DNA from: Candidatus Terraquivivens ruidianensis
GTDB taxonomy: Archaea; Thermoproteota; Nitrososphaeria_A; Caldarchaeales; Wolframiiraptoraceae
Direction: 5' to 3'
Length of the DNA stretch: 53,753 nt
Assembly (NCBI GenBank): GCA_023267885.1
Contig: JALNLB010000006.1
Location: 1 to 53,753 of the forward strand
This document shows, one piece after another, positions 8,955 to 17,716 of this stretch. Position numbers and translations under genes: made by a program. The notes under the pieces are model-generated. The model made no database searches and was not told the origin of the DNA. It was given only the letters and a program-made list of their open reading frames with translations. Position 1 is the first letter of the stretch; the number at the start of each line of letters is the position of its first letter.

Positions 8955-10106
8955 TTGTACGATGTCGCTTTAATACATTACGGTGAGATAGGGACAAAAG
9001 GTGCCAACAGACCTACCTTCGAGAACGCGTTAGTCAAAAATATAAAATGGTCGTTGGAAAACAGGGTGAGTGATGTTTTACGTCTAAGAGGAAGGGTGTT
9101 AGCTAGGCTGGAGCCGGGTGTAGATTCGGAAGAAATAAGACAGGCTTTAGGAAGGGTATTCGGGATAGCATGGTTTGCGCTGGCATACGAGAGTGAACAG
9201 GATATCGATACTATGGTTAAGGACATCCTCAAAAGACTTACTGAGTATGGTATAAAGGCAAAAAGTTTCATGATTCAGACAAAAAGGGCAGATAAGAACT
9301 TTCCGTACACATCTCTCGAAGTCAATAGGATAGTCGGCGCAAAAATAGTCGAAAACACGAGCATGAGTGTTGACCTTGAAAACCCGGACATTACGGTGTT
9401 CATAGAACTTGCTGGCGGAAAGGCTTACTTATATTTTGAGAAGATAAAAGGACTCGGAGGTTTACCTGTCGGTGTAAGCGGAAAGGTCTTGAACCTTCTA
9501 TCGGGAGGGTTAGATTCACCGGTTGCGGCTTGGCTGATGATGAAGAGGGGGTGCCATGTTGACTTCCTCCATCTACACGCGCTGAGGAGCATGCAGGAGT
9601 TGCAGAATTCTAAGGTGGTCGAGATTTTTAGGCATCTGTCCTCCTTTTGCAAAGGTTCCAAACTTTTTGTTGTACCATTCTACAAATTCTTAGAGAGAGC
9701 TTTGAAAGCGCCTGAAAGGCTCGAGTTGGTTTTATTCAGAAAATTCATGCTGAAGGCTGCAGAGTCGTTAGCAAAACGTGAGGGCTACTTGGGCATAGTG
9801 ACGGGCGATAGCATAGGGCAGGTTGCATCGCAGACGCTTCGGAACATCTGGTCTGCTCAGAAAGGCTTGGGTGTACCTGTTTACAGGCCTCTCCTAACCT
9901 ATGACAAGGAAGAGATAGTAAGGTTGGCTAAGCAGATCGGCACGTATGAGTTATCCCTAAAAGAATACAAAGATTGCTGCTCGATAATTGCCAAACATCC
10001 GGAGACTTCCTCAAAGCCTGAGATAGTCCAAGAGGTTTGGGATAAACTCGGGCTGGAGGATGCGGTTGCCGAGACGCTCAGCTTGGTTGAGTCGTTAGAA
10101 TACTAG
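8955..10106 (+). CDS. thiI: tRNA 4-thiouridine synthase / sulfur carrier ThiI (no rhodanese domain)
   Basis: 383 aa. THUMP-containing N-half and PP-loop SGGLDSPVAAW. TTG start. Confidence 0.85.
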   Translation: MYDVALIHYGEIGTKGANRPTFENALVKNIKWSLENRVSDVLRLRGRVLARLEPGVDSEEIRQALGRVFGIAWFALAYESEQDIDTMVKDILKRLTEYGIKAKSFMIQTKRADKNFPYTSLEVNRIVGAKIVENTSMSVDLENPDITVFIELAGGKAYLYFEKIKGLGGLPVGVSGKVLNLLSGGLDSPVAAWLMMKRGCHVDFLHLHALRSMQELQNSKVVEIFRHLSSFCKGSKLFVVPFYKFLERALKAPERLELVLFRKFMLKAAESLAKREGYLGIVTGDSIGQVASQTLRNIWSAQKGLGVPVYRPLLTYDKEEIVRLAKQIGTYELSLKEYKDCCSIIAKHPETSSKPEIVQEVWDKLGLEDAVAETLSLVESLEY

Positions 10107-10159
10107 CACCGCTATGTTTTTAGATAAGTACGAAAGAGGTTATTGAACGATGTCGTGAG

Positions 10160-10825
10160 ATGAAGATAGCGCTTTTGGGAGGTACGGGTGACCAAGGGTT
10201 CGGCCTTGCCCTGAGATTCTGCAAAGCGGGCATGGATGTGGTCATTGGTTCTAGGAGTATGGAAAGGGCTTTAGAGGCCGCAAAGAACGTCAGAACCGAG
10301 TTAGGCAACAATGTAAAAGTTGAGGGGCTGTTAAACGAGGACGCGGCCAAAGTAGCGGATGCCGTATTCCTTACAGTCCCACTCACAGGTCTGATACCGA
10401 CGCTCAAAGCCATTGCAAACAACGTGAAGGGAAAAGTTGTGGTATCACCAGTGGTTCCGCTCGAGGCAGAAATAGGTGGCACATTAAGACCTATTCGTCT
10501 CTGGTCAGGGTCCGTTGCGGAGCTTGTTGCTGAAAGGTTAAAGGACTCGAAAGTTGTAGCGGCTTTTCACAACGTTTCAGCTGAAGCCCTAAGCGACCTT
10601 AAAAAATCGGTCGAGTGCGACGTTATTGTCTGCAGTGACCATGAGGATGCAAAGCAGTTGGTTATGCAGCTGGCGCAGAAGATAGACGGTGTGAGGGCTC
10701 TTGACGGTGGACCTCTAAGCAACTCGAGGTTTGTCGAGGAGCTTACCGCTTTACTTCTCTTCCTGAACAAGAAATACTTCGTCAAGTCTTCGGGTGTGCG
10801 CTTTACCGGACTCGGTAGAGAGTAA
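10160..10825 (+). CDS. fno: F420H2:NADP+ oxidoreductase (Fno / NpdG)
   Basis: 221 aa. The MKIALLGGTGDQGFGLALRF start and the GGPLSNSRFVEELT block closely parallel Archaeoglobus Fno as I recall its sequence. Confidence 0.8.
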   Translation: MKIALLGGTGDQGFGLALRFCKAGMDVVIGSRSMERALEAAKNVRTELGNNVKVEGLLNEDAAKVADAVFLTVPLTGLIPTLKAIANNVKGKVVVSPVVPLEAEIGGTLRPIRLWSGSVAELVAERLKDSKVVAAFHNVSAEALSDLKKSVECDVIVCSDHEDAKQLVMQLAQKIDGVRALDGGPLSNSRFVEELTALLLFLNKKYFVKSSGVRFTGLGRE

Positions 10826-10859
10826 CGTATTTCAACAGGCAAAGCAATTGAAGATAGAT

Positions 10860-12218
10860 ATGGTCGACCCGAACATATTCAGGGCATATGACGTAAGAGG
10901 AGTTTTTAGCAAAGATATAAATGAAGATGTTGCGATACTGTTAGGGAGAGTCTTCGGAACATACGTCGGCAATGAGGGTGACGTCATCGCTGGTAGGGAT
11001 GTTAGGCTTAGCGGCGAAACGTTATGTAAGGCCTTCGCCGAAGGTATGAGGGATACCGGGTGCAACGTTTACGAGGCAGGCATTATACCAACACCGGCGG
11101 CCTATTTTGGAATACTGGCATTAAAGATGGACGGAGGCTTCCAAGTGACAGCCTCACATAACCCGCCGGAGTGGAATGGCTTCAAGCTTATCCTAAAAAC
11201 TGGCGATACTGTGTCGGAAGGCTTTGGTATGGAAAAAGTAAAGGACATGGCGCTAAGACGTGAATTCAAGCTCGTAGAAAAGAAGGGGTGTTTGAAGAAG
11301 GTCGACGTTCTCTCGATTTATGAGAACTTCCTATTGGGGAGGTTTAAGCTGGAGCGAAATGTAAGAGTAGCGCTCGACCTTTCGAATGGTGCTGGATGCA
11401 ACTTCGTCCCAAGATTCCTATCCAAGATAGGCTGTGACATAGTCGCTATAAACGACGTACCAGACGGACGCTTTCCAGGACACCTGCCTGAGCCGACGGA
11501 AGAAAACCTGCAACCTCTTTCACAGCTGGTTGTCAGTTCCAAAGCTGATTTCGGTGTAGGTTTGGACGGTGATGCCGACAGGGCAGTATTCGTTGACGAC
11601 TTAGGGAGAATACTGCCGGGAGATGTGGCACTCGCTGTCTTCGTTAGCAATTTGGAAAGAAAGGGTAAAGTAGTTTACGATGTCAGCTCTTCGTCCTTCC
11701 TAAAGAAGGTCATAGAGGAGGTCGGTTGCGAGCCTATCGAGAGTAGGGTTGGCAGGGCTTTTGTGATGAGAAAGGTCAGAGAGTCCGGTGCACTCATCGG
11801 TGGTGAGAAGAGCAACCACATATACTTCTCAGAAGTCTATGGTTTCGACGATGCAATATTCGCAATCGGCAAAATGGCGGAAATAATCTCAAGGAGTGAA
11901 GTTAGACTGTCTGAGATTGTCGACCGATTCCCAAGACTCCCATCCGTACCTATAACGTCGTTCGATTGTCCAGACGAGTATAAATTTAAGGTCGTGGAGG
12001 ATCTTATAGGTTTCTTTGAATCTAAAGGTTTCACCATCAGCACGATAGATGGTGTGAAGGCAACTTCTGAGGATGGCTGGGTTCTTATCAGGCCGTCAAA
12101 CACCATGCCCCAGATAAAGATGACCGCTGAGGCTAAGACGGAAGAGAAGCTAAAGGAGCTTGTCAAGATGGCGCAGGAAGCAATCAAGACAAAAATCGAC
12201 GAACTCTCGAAGGGATAG
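10860..12218 (+). CDS. Phosphohexomutase (phosphoglucosamine / phosphomannomutase family)
   Basis: I moved the start to ATG 10860 (MVDPNIFRAYDVRG); the ORF-track start 10794 lies inside fno. Active-site Ser loop TASHNPPEWNGFK, Mg loop GLDGDADR, and GGEKSNH. Confidence 0.85.
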   Translation: MVDPNIFRAYDVRGVFSKDINEDVAILLGRVFGTYVGNEGDVIAGRDVRLSGETLCKAFAEGMRDTGCNVYEAGIIPTPAAYFGILALKMDGGFQVTASHNPPEWNGFKLILKTGDTVSEGFGMEKVKDMALRREFKLVEKKGCLKKVDVLSIYENFLLGRFKLERNVRVALDLSNGAGCNFVPRFLSKIGCDIVAINDVPDGRFPGHLPEPTEENLQPLSQLVVSSKADFGVGLDGDADRAVFVDDLGRILPGDVALAVFVSNLERKGKVVYDVSSSSFLKKVIEEVGCEPIESRVGRAFVMRKVRESGALIGGEKSNHIYFSEVYGFDDAIFAIGKMAEIISRSEVRLSEIVDRFPRLPSVPITSFDCPDEYKFKVVEDLIGFFESKGFTISTIDGVKATSEDGWVLIRPSNTMPQIKMTAEAKTEEKLKELVKMAQEAIKTKIDELSKG

Positions 12219-12225
12219 GTTTGGT

Positions 12226-12888
12226 TTGAACATTTTAGAGAGCTTCTACGGGCTTATTGATCTTTTTGTCTCGTACGGTTATTTTGGTTCTTTCATCATA
12301 TCCTTCTTAGGAAGCCTCATACCTTTTTTACCTTTGCCATACCTCTTTCCGATAGTGTTATTGAGCATGAAGCTTGACCCACTCCTCATAGGTGTACTGT
12401 CAGGGCTGGGCGGCTCCTTAGGCAAAGTTACCTCCTATATGGTAGGGCGTTTTTGGAGGAGGTTCATGTCGCAAGATAGCAAGAATAGGCTTGAGTTTTT
12501 CAAATCCATGATTGACAAGTATGGTGCGGTTGCCGTCTTCCTCTTCGCGTTAACACCACTGCCCGACGACGTCATATACATACCTATGGGCATCATAGGT
12601 TATGGTTTTTTGAAATTCATGCTCGCAAACTGCGCTGGTAAAGTGGTCCTTGCCATATTCGTCGCATATCTTGGCAGATATTACAAAGAGTTAATGGATA
12701 TGTTCGTTGGCGAGTCTATGAGCATGTTATCGGTTTTGGTTGCCGTGGCAGTTATGGTGTTCTTTTCCATCGTTCTATTTAGAATGGATTGGCAGGGCCT
12801 CGTAACAACTTTCAGACAAAAAGGATGGAGAGGCGTCTTAGCCGAGCTTCCAAGGTTGATTGGTCTATCTAAAAAAGGAAACACTTAA
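12226..12888 (+). CDS. DedA / VTT-domain (SNARE-associated) membrane protein
   Basis: Multi-TM protein with a DedA-like core (LPDDVIYIPMGI). The ORF-track start 12160 lies inside the upstream gene; I propose the in-frame TTG at 12226. Confidence 0.65.
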   Translation: MNILESFYGLIDLFVSYGYFGSFIISFLGSLIPFLPLPYLFPIVLLSMKLDPLLIGVLSGLGGSLGKVTSYMVGRFWRRFMSQDSKNRLEFFKSMIDKYGAVAVFLFALTPLPDDVIYIPMGIIGYGFLKFMLANCAGKVVLAIFVAYLGRYYKELMDMFVGESMSMLSVLVAVAVMVFFSIVLFRMDWQGLVTTFRQKGWRGVLAELPRLIGLSKKGNT

Positions 12889-12907
12889 GGATGGCTTAAA
12901 CGACGTC

Positions 12908-14359
12908 ATGTTGGACATGGAGACCATAACCTCAGAAGAGATGATGGTTGCTGACGAGAACAGCGAGTACCTCGGTATACCGAGAATTCTTCTGATGGAG
13001 AATGCCGGCAGGGCCGTCGCCGACCATCTAAAAGAGCATTTCAAAGACCCGAGAGACAAGTTCGTGGTTGTTTTCTGTGGAACCGGTAACAACGGTGGGG
13101 ATGGGATGGTTGCCGCGAGACATCTGGCGGCTTATGGATGCCAAGTCCTCATCATACTTCTGGGTAGTCCAGATAAGATAAAGACTGAGGAGGCAAGCAG
13201 GAATTTCGTAGCACTCAGCTCCATGAAAGCAACTGTAAACATCGTTATGACAAAAGATGCTGCAACCTTAGGGTCTTTAGCTGATAGAATAAAGGATTCG
13301 GACGCGATTATTGACGGCATATTCGGAACGGGCATCAAAGGAGAAATCAGAGAGCCCTGGCTTACGGCAATAAAACAAATTAACACGTTAGGCAAGTACG
13401 TTGTGGCGATAGACGTCCCCTCTGGTCTCGACCCGGACACAGGTGCCGTTGCGGGCGCTGCAGTTAAGGCAGACGCGACGATAACTTTTCATAAGGCGAA
13501 GCCAGGTCTCTTGACAGAGCAGGGTAAGGCGTTATCAGGAAACCTGATAGTCTCATCGATAGGCATTCCGCCAGAGGCCGAGCTTATCGCTGGGCCCGGT
13601 GACATGAGGGCTGCAGCAGCTTACGTGGACAAGGACGGAGGAAAGCTTGGCATAGCGCTCGACATATTATCAGATGAGAACATGATTTTGCTGCATGTAT
13701 GTAGTCTGCTGTGTAAAGAGGTTATGGTCTTGAGCCGAGCCGTACCCTGTGAGCTTCCCAAGCCTAACGTAAGACATGCGAATATGAGGGAATTCGTGAA
13801 TTCTCTTGGAATGTTCTCGACCATCTTTTTTGAGGGACAGACTGGAAAAGAAGCTCTAGCGAAGACAATCGATGCGGACATCGATATTAGAGCATTCACG
13901 TGCTCGTACGAGCTTGCAACCTTCGCCAGGAGACGTCTCAAGACTATTTTGGCCCTTTCATCAGAGGATGTAGCGTCTTTTGGTATGTATGTTCCAGATG
14001 CGTTCAAAAATATAAAATCAGCGATAGAGGCCACAAAAGACTTGAGCAGAAGGCTCAGCATACCCGTAGGCATAATGGCAGAAGTTGACGGCATCTCGGA
14101 TGGAACTCTTACAAAGGCCAATTGGCTTCTAGAACCAATTCGTGAGCCGACGCAGGAGTATCTTTACTTTGCGGTAGCTTCAGCGTTCTTATCTTGGGGA
14201 GCTAGCGCCGTAAGGTCTCTCTCGGCAGCCAGCTTTGCTACGAGGAATGTATCTACTACGCTGTTACGAGTTGGCGAGGCGGCAACTCCAAAGAACCTAA
14301 TCGCGGGCTTCAGGACACTCTTGGATGAGATGAAATTGTCGGGCATTCTAAGGACGTAA
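12908..14359 (+). CDS. NAD(P)H-hydrate epimerase (YjeF_N) fused to a degenerate YjeF_C-like domain
   Basis: Start proposed at ATG 12908. The N-half carries ENAGRAVADHL, VVFCGTGNNGGDGMVAARHL, DGIFGTGIKGE and DVPSGLDPDTG. The C-terminal ~250 aa aligns by eye with the neighbouring dehydratase but lacks its Gly-rich motifs. Confidence 0.75.
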   Translation: MLDMETITSEEMMVADENSEYLGIPRILLMENAGRAVADHLKEHFKDPRDKFVVVFCGTGNNGGDGMVAARHLAAYGCQVLIILLGSPDKIKTEEASRNFVALSSMKATVNIVMTKDAATLGSLADRIKDSDAIIDGIFGTGIKGEIREPWLTAIKQINTLGKYVVAIDVPSGLDPDTGAVAGAAVKADATITFHKAKPGLLTEQGKALSGNLIVSSIGIPPEAELIAGPGDMRAAAAYVDKDGGKLGIALDILSDENMILLHVCSLLCKEVMVLSRAVPCELPKPNVRHANMREFVNSLGMFSTIFFEGQTGKEALAKTIDADIDIRAFTCSYELATFARRRLKTILALSSEDVASFGMYVPDAFKNIKSAIEATKDLSRRLSIPVGIMAEVDGISDGTLTKANWLLEPIREPTQEYLYFAVASAFLSWGASAVRSLSAASFATRNVSTTLLRVGEAATPKNLIAGFRTLLDEMKLSGILRT

Positions 14360-14457
14360 GCAGGGATAGGGTTGCTTTTCGTAGCATCGTTCCAGAAATC
14401 CCTTTAGGCCTCGGTTGTAAAATGTCATATGAGGATTAATTTGTCTAATATGCTGAA

Positions 14458-15327
14458 TCAGTCCTCAGATGTAGCATCATAAGCCTTCAGTACCTGCGGT
14501 ATCTCGTCTAATAGGTCACTAGCCACTATGTGGTAACCGAGCCTAGCTGTAGCCCTTTCGCCAGCTAAACCGTTCACCCTTGCGGCGGCCACGGCTGCCT
14601 CAACAGGCTTTGCACCCTTTGATATGAAGCCTGCCACGAGCCCGGCCAGCACGTCACCAGTTCCACCAACGGTCATCGCTGGAGTACCCGTCCTGTTAAG
14701 CACAACCTCCTTACCATCCGAGATAACGTCCACGGGCCCCTTCAGGAGTATTGTTAACGAATACTCTAAAGCCTTCTTTTTAACATGGATAGTGCGCTCC
14801 TCGGCGCCCCTCGGAAGCTCAATGCCGAATAATCTCTTAAACTCTCCTGCATGCGGCGTAAGCACTACCTTCTTTTCCTTCACTACGTCAAGCACGTCTG
14901 GTATTAGCGCTGCCGCATCTAACACAAGTGCTATGTCTTTATCCAAGAGCTCCTTCAGGAGAAATGTCAAAGCCTCCGCATCTTTCGGTACAAGTCCTGG
15001 ACCGACTACCGCGGCATCAACTTCAGGAAGAACCTTTTCGAGCCTCCTAGCCGAACCCTTCGTCAGCTTCAAATCTGGCAAGGGTAATACTATGAAGTTT
15101 GGCGAGAGGGCCCTTATAGCCGTCGCTATCTTCTCAGGTACTGCGATGTAAGCAAGGTCTATGCCGCACCTAAAAGCGGCCATGGCCGCAAGGGCTGGAG
15201 CACCATGGTAGAGCCAGCTTCCACCCACGACGAGCACTATGCCGTTCTCGCCCTTTCTTGAATATGCCATCCTAGGCCTCATCGCATTCCTGATGTCCTC
15301 GTCTGACGACTCCCTAACTTGACCCAC
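14458..15327 (-). CDS. ADP/ATP-dependent NAD(P)H-hydrate dehydratase (stand-alone YjeF_C)
   Basis: 289 aa. VLVVGGSWLYHGAPALAAMAA, VLTPHAGEF and GGTGDVLAGLVAGF. The GTG start is preceded by GGAGG. Confidence 0.85.
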   Translation of the reverse strand: MGQVRESSDEDIRNAMRPRMAYSRKGENGIVLVVGGSWLYHGAPALAAMAAFRCGIDLAYIAVPEKIATAIRALSPNFIVLPLPDLKLTKGSARRLEKVLPEVDAAVVGPGLVPKDAEALTFLLKELLDKDIALVLDAAALIPDVLDVVKEKKVVLTPHAGEFKRLFGIELPRGAEERTIHVKKKALEYSLTILLKGPVDVISDGKEVVLNRTGTPAMTVGGTGDVLAGLVAGFISKGAKPVEAAVAAARVNGLAGERATARLGYHIVASDLLDEIPQVLKAYDATSED

Positions 15328-15381
15328 CCGTTAACCTCCTAAGAATCTATAACAATACTACTTTATAACAAGTAGAAACAT

Positions 15382-15419
15382 AAAAAGATTCGCGCCGAGG
15401 TGTCAAAAGTACTCGGCGC
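15382..15419 (-). terminator. Hairpin plus U-tract downstream of alba
   Basis: On the minus strand, about 30 nt after the alba stop, there is GCGCCGAG, a 12-nt loop, then CUCGGCGC (8-bp stem, 15392..15419). It is followed by U5 (A5 on the + strand at 15382..15386). Confidence 0.4.
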
Positions 15420-15449
15420 ATTCCTGAGGGATGTCTTTGGACTATGCGC

Positions 15450-15761
15450 TCACTTGCCCTTCTTAGCTGGCTGCTCCGGGACACTGACGAGTATCTCAAT
15501 GGTGCTGACGTTCCTCGGCTTGCCGTCAGCGCCTACCCTGCCCTCCTCTGTGCCAATGTTGACCTTCTCCACGACGGCGTTTTGGACGAACCTCCTCCTA
15601 ACGACCTCTACGATGTCGACCGCCTTGCTTATAGCACGTCCCCTTGCCTTCAGCAGCACCTTTTTACCTTCAGCGAGTGGCAGCGTGGTAGCGAGCACAT
15701 AGTTCATCGTAGGTTTCTTTCCTACGAGAACAACGGCTTCCATGCTACTCATACTATTCAC
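15450..15761 (-). CDS. albA: Alba (Sac10b) DNA/RNA-binding chromatin protein
   Basis: 103 aa. VLVGKKPTMNYVLATT ... LKARGRAISKAVDIVEVVRRRF is the Alba signature. Confidence 0.9.
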   Translation of the reverse strand: MNSMSSMEAVVLVGKKPTMNYVLATTLPLAEGKKVLLKARGRAISKAVDIVEVVRRRFVQNAVVEKVNIGTEEGRVGADGKPRNVSTIEILVSVPEQPAKKGK

Positions 15762-15827
15762 CTTTTCTCGGGTGTTTATTCAAGACACTTTTTGGTAAAT
15801 AAGCTTTCCTATATAGTTTGAGGTATT

Positions 15828-16763
15828 TCAGGAACGCTTTTGCCTCACCCATTCCTCGAACGCCAGTACGAGGAGGGGCAAGGCGATGGACATATCCAAA
15901 CAGACGTTTGCGATCATGCCCTCTACCATAACCTTCCCCCAAGACTTGGCCTCCTCCAGCCTTGCACCGCTAAGCCCGCCATGTTCCTCCCTATCCGTCG
16001 TTATCTGAATTGCGTAGCTCAGAGGTCTTCCTGCCGTGTTGACCGCCATCATTGCAAAGTGCTTCGGCGTGCCACCACCGAGGAAAATGGCTCCGGTACG
16101 CTTTGAATCCCATACCCTATCAACCAACTTACTCACATCTGAGAGGGTGTCTAACCTTACTTTGCCACCAGTCCTGAACCTTATCTGGCTTCCGAGTATA
16201 GAGTCGGCTAGAGCTGGGCTGAAGACCTCGACCCCACAGTCGTAGGAGGCTTTGATGAAGGAACCCTCGTCCTTAATCTTCGAAGCCAGCATTTTAACTA
16301 TATCAGGGCTGGAGAAGATGCCGCTCACAGTTTCAAACGCTTCATCTACGAACTTTTCTAACATGTTATAGGATTCTCCCATGATGCCTATATTGTATAT
16401 TCTGTATATCCCCTTCTTCGCTAGCTTAACGTCATCTATCTCATCATGTTCAAGCACGAAGTGCTTACCTCCTATCGCCTCTATGATGTCATGCGTTATG
16501 TTTGCCCCGGTCGTTACTACTGTGTTGACAAAGCCCAACTTTATCAGCTTGGTTATGAGAGGCCTTAGGCCAGATGCTACTGCAGCGCCAGCTATCCCAA
16601 GGAGTCTATGACAATCGTTGTCCAAAAACATGCTTACCATTATCGAGAATGCCCTACCCAGCTCCCTTGCGACCATACCTACCTGAGAAAATCTCTTTAA
16701 GAGTTCATAGTATCCAACGGTGCAGTCAACATCAAGTTGCCCGAGTTCCTTCACTTTGATCAC
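15828..16763 (-). CDS. dys: Deoxyhypusine synthase
   Basis: 311 aa. Conserved blocks TTGANITHD, GGGTPKHF and the catalytic-Lys block EEAKSWGK. GTG start. Confidence 0.9.
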   Translation of the reverse strand: MIKVKELGQLDVDCTVGYYELLKRFSQVGMVARELGRAFSIMVSMFLDNDCHRLLGIAGAAVASGLRPLITKLIKLGFVNTVVTTGANITHDIIEAIGGKHFVLEHDEIDDVKLAKKGIYRIYNIGIMGESYNMLEKFVDEAFETVSGIFSSPDIVKMLASKIKDEGSFIKASYDCGVEVFSPALADSILGSQIRFRTGGKVRLDTLSDVSKLVDRVWDSKRTGAIFLGGGTPKHFAMMAVNTAGRPLSYAIQITTDREEHGGLSGARLEEAKSWGKVMVEGMIANVCLDMSIALPLLVLAFEEWVRQKRS

Positions 16764-16770
16764 TTAAGCT

Positions 16771-17151
16771 TTACTCTTTTAATGAAAATGGCTTACCTTC
16801 TCTCAGAACCTGTTCGGGTATCTTATCCTTCCACTTCTTCAGGAACGCGACCTCTTCGTTGACTTTCCTAAGCTCGTCGGGCAAAAGCCTTGGTATCTCT
16901 TCCTCTATAGGATACCATCTTCCACACCCATCGCATATCAGAATGCCGGATGATATCTCCCTCGTATAACACGATGCACAGTCTGGATTATGTACATCGG
17001 ACATGTTTCCGTGATGGTAGGCGCAGTAGAGTTCGCATTTCCTGATGTTCTTTGGTGGCTGGAGTGTTAGCTCAGTAAATACCAAGAGTGAGAGTGGGAA
17101 CTTTTTACAAATTGGACAAGCAAGCAAATCCATTAATCTGTACTTCAACAC
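16771..17151 (-). CDS. Trm112-like zinc-ribbon protein with a Cys/His-rich insert
   Basis: N-terminal LLACPICK and distal ILICDGCGRWYPIEEEIPRLLPDE form the Trm112/UPF0434 knuckles. Between them is a ~45-aa insert, KCELYCAYHHGNMSDVHNPDCASC. Confidence 0.6.
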   Translation of the reverse strand: MLKYRLMDLLACPICKKFPLSLLVFTELTLQPPKNIRKCELYCAYHHGNMSDVHNPDCASCYTREISSGILICDGCGRWYPIEEEIPRLLPDELRKVNEEVAFLKKWKDKIPEQVLREGKPFSLKE

Positions 17152-17174
17152 GCTCGCCTCCTATTAAACAAATC

Positions 17175-17678
17175 TTACAATTTTGATGTGGGAGCAAAAG
17201 GTTTTACGTTAAACAATCTCGAATACTCCTTCATTATGCACCTATCCCAGATGACCAGTATACCAGCCTTCCGCAACTTCTCCGCAGCTTCCTTATTGTA
17301 TATGCCCTCCTGCATCCAGAAGACCTTAACGCCCTTTCTTATAGCATCCTCAACTATCTGTGGTACGTCCTCGGAGCGCCTGAAAACGTTGACTATATCA
17401 ACGTCCTCTTGAATCTCGAGGAGATTCTTGTACGACTTTAGCGTCTGATTTCCGATGTTAATCTCGTTTGCGGTAGGGTTCACGGGTATTATCTTATAAC
17501 CGTGCCTCATAAGGAACTTTGGGACAAAGTGGCCCGGCTTCGTCGGATCTCTGCTCATGCCGACCACGGCCACGACTTTATGGTCAGATAGTATTCTCTT
17601 GATGTCCTCGTCAGATAGAGCATCCTTTTCTTCAACCATGTAGCTAAGAAAGACGACCTTTGCTTTAAACTTTCCCAT
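17175..17678 (-). CDS. CoA-binding domain protein (YccU/YneT-like)
   Basis: KVVAVVGMSRDPTKPGHFVPKFLMRHGYKIIPVNP is a typical CoA-binding Rossmann start. Confidence 0.8.
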   Translation of the reverse strand: MGKFKAKVVFLSYMVEEKDALSDEDIKRILSDHKVVAVVGMSRDPTKPGHFVPKFLMRHGYKIIPVNPTANEINIGNQTLKSYKNLLEIQEDVDIVNVFRRSEDVPQIVEDAIRKGVKVFWMQEGIYNKEAAEKLRKAGILVIWDRCIMKEYSRLFNVKPFAPTSKL

Positions 17679-17716
17679 AAACGTATAAGTGAGGAAACAT
17701 TCGTCACTAAGAGAAG

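Noticed and set aside
14360-14457. A possible structured RNA in the convergent Nnr spacer (AGGGAT ... ATCCCT, a 6-bp stem with a 30-nt loop).
   Set aside because: The stem is short and the loop is long. The spacer is more simply explained as bidirectional termination with T-rich runs.
15400-15821. Two plus-strand ORFs (100 and 125 aa) across the alba locus.
   Set aside because: They are antisense to the unmistakable Alba gene, and their translations are hydrophobic or low-complexity with no motifs.
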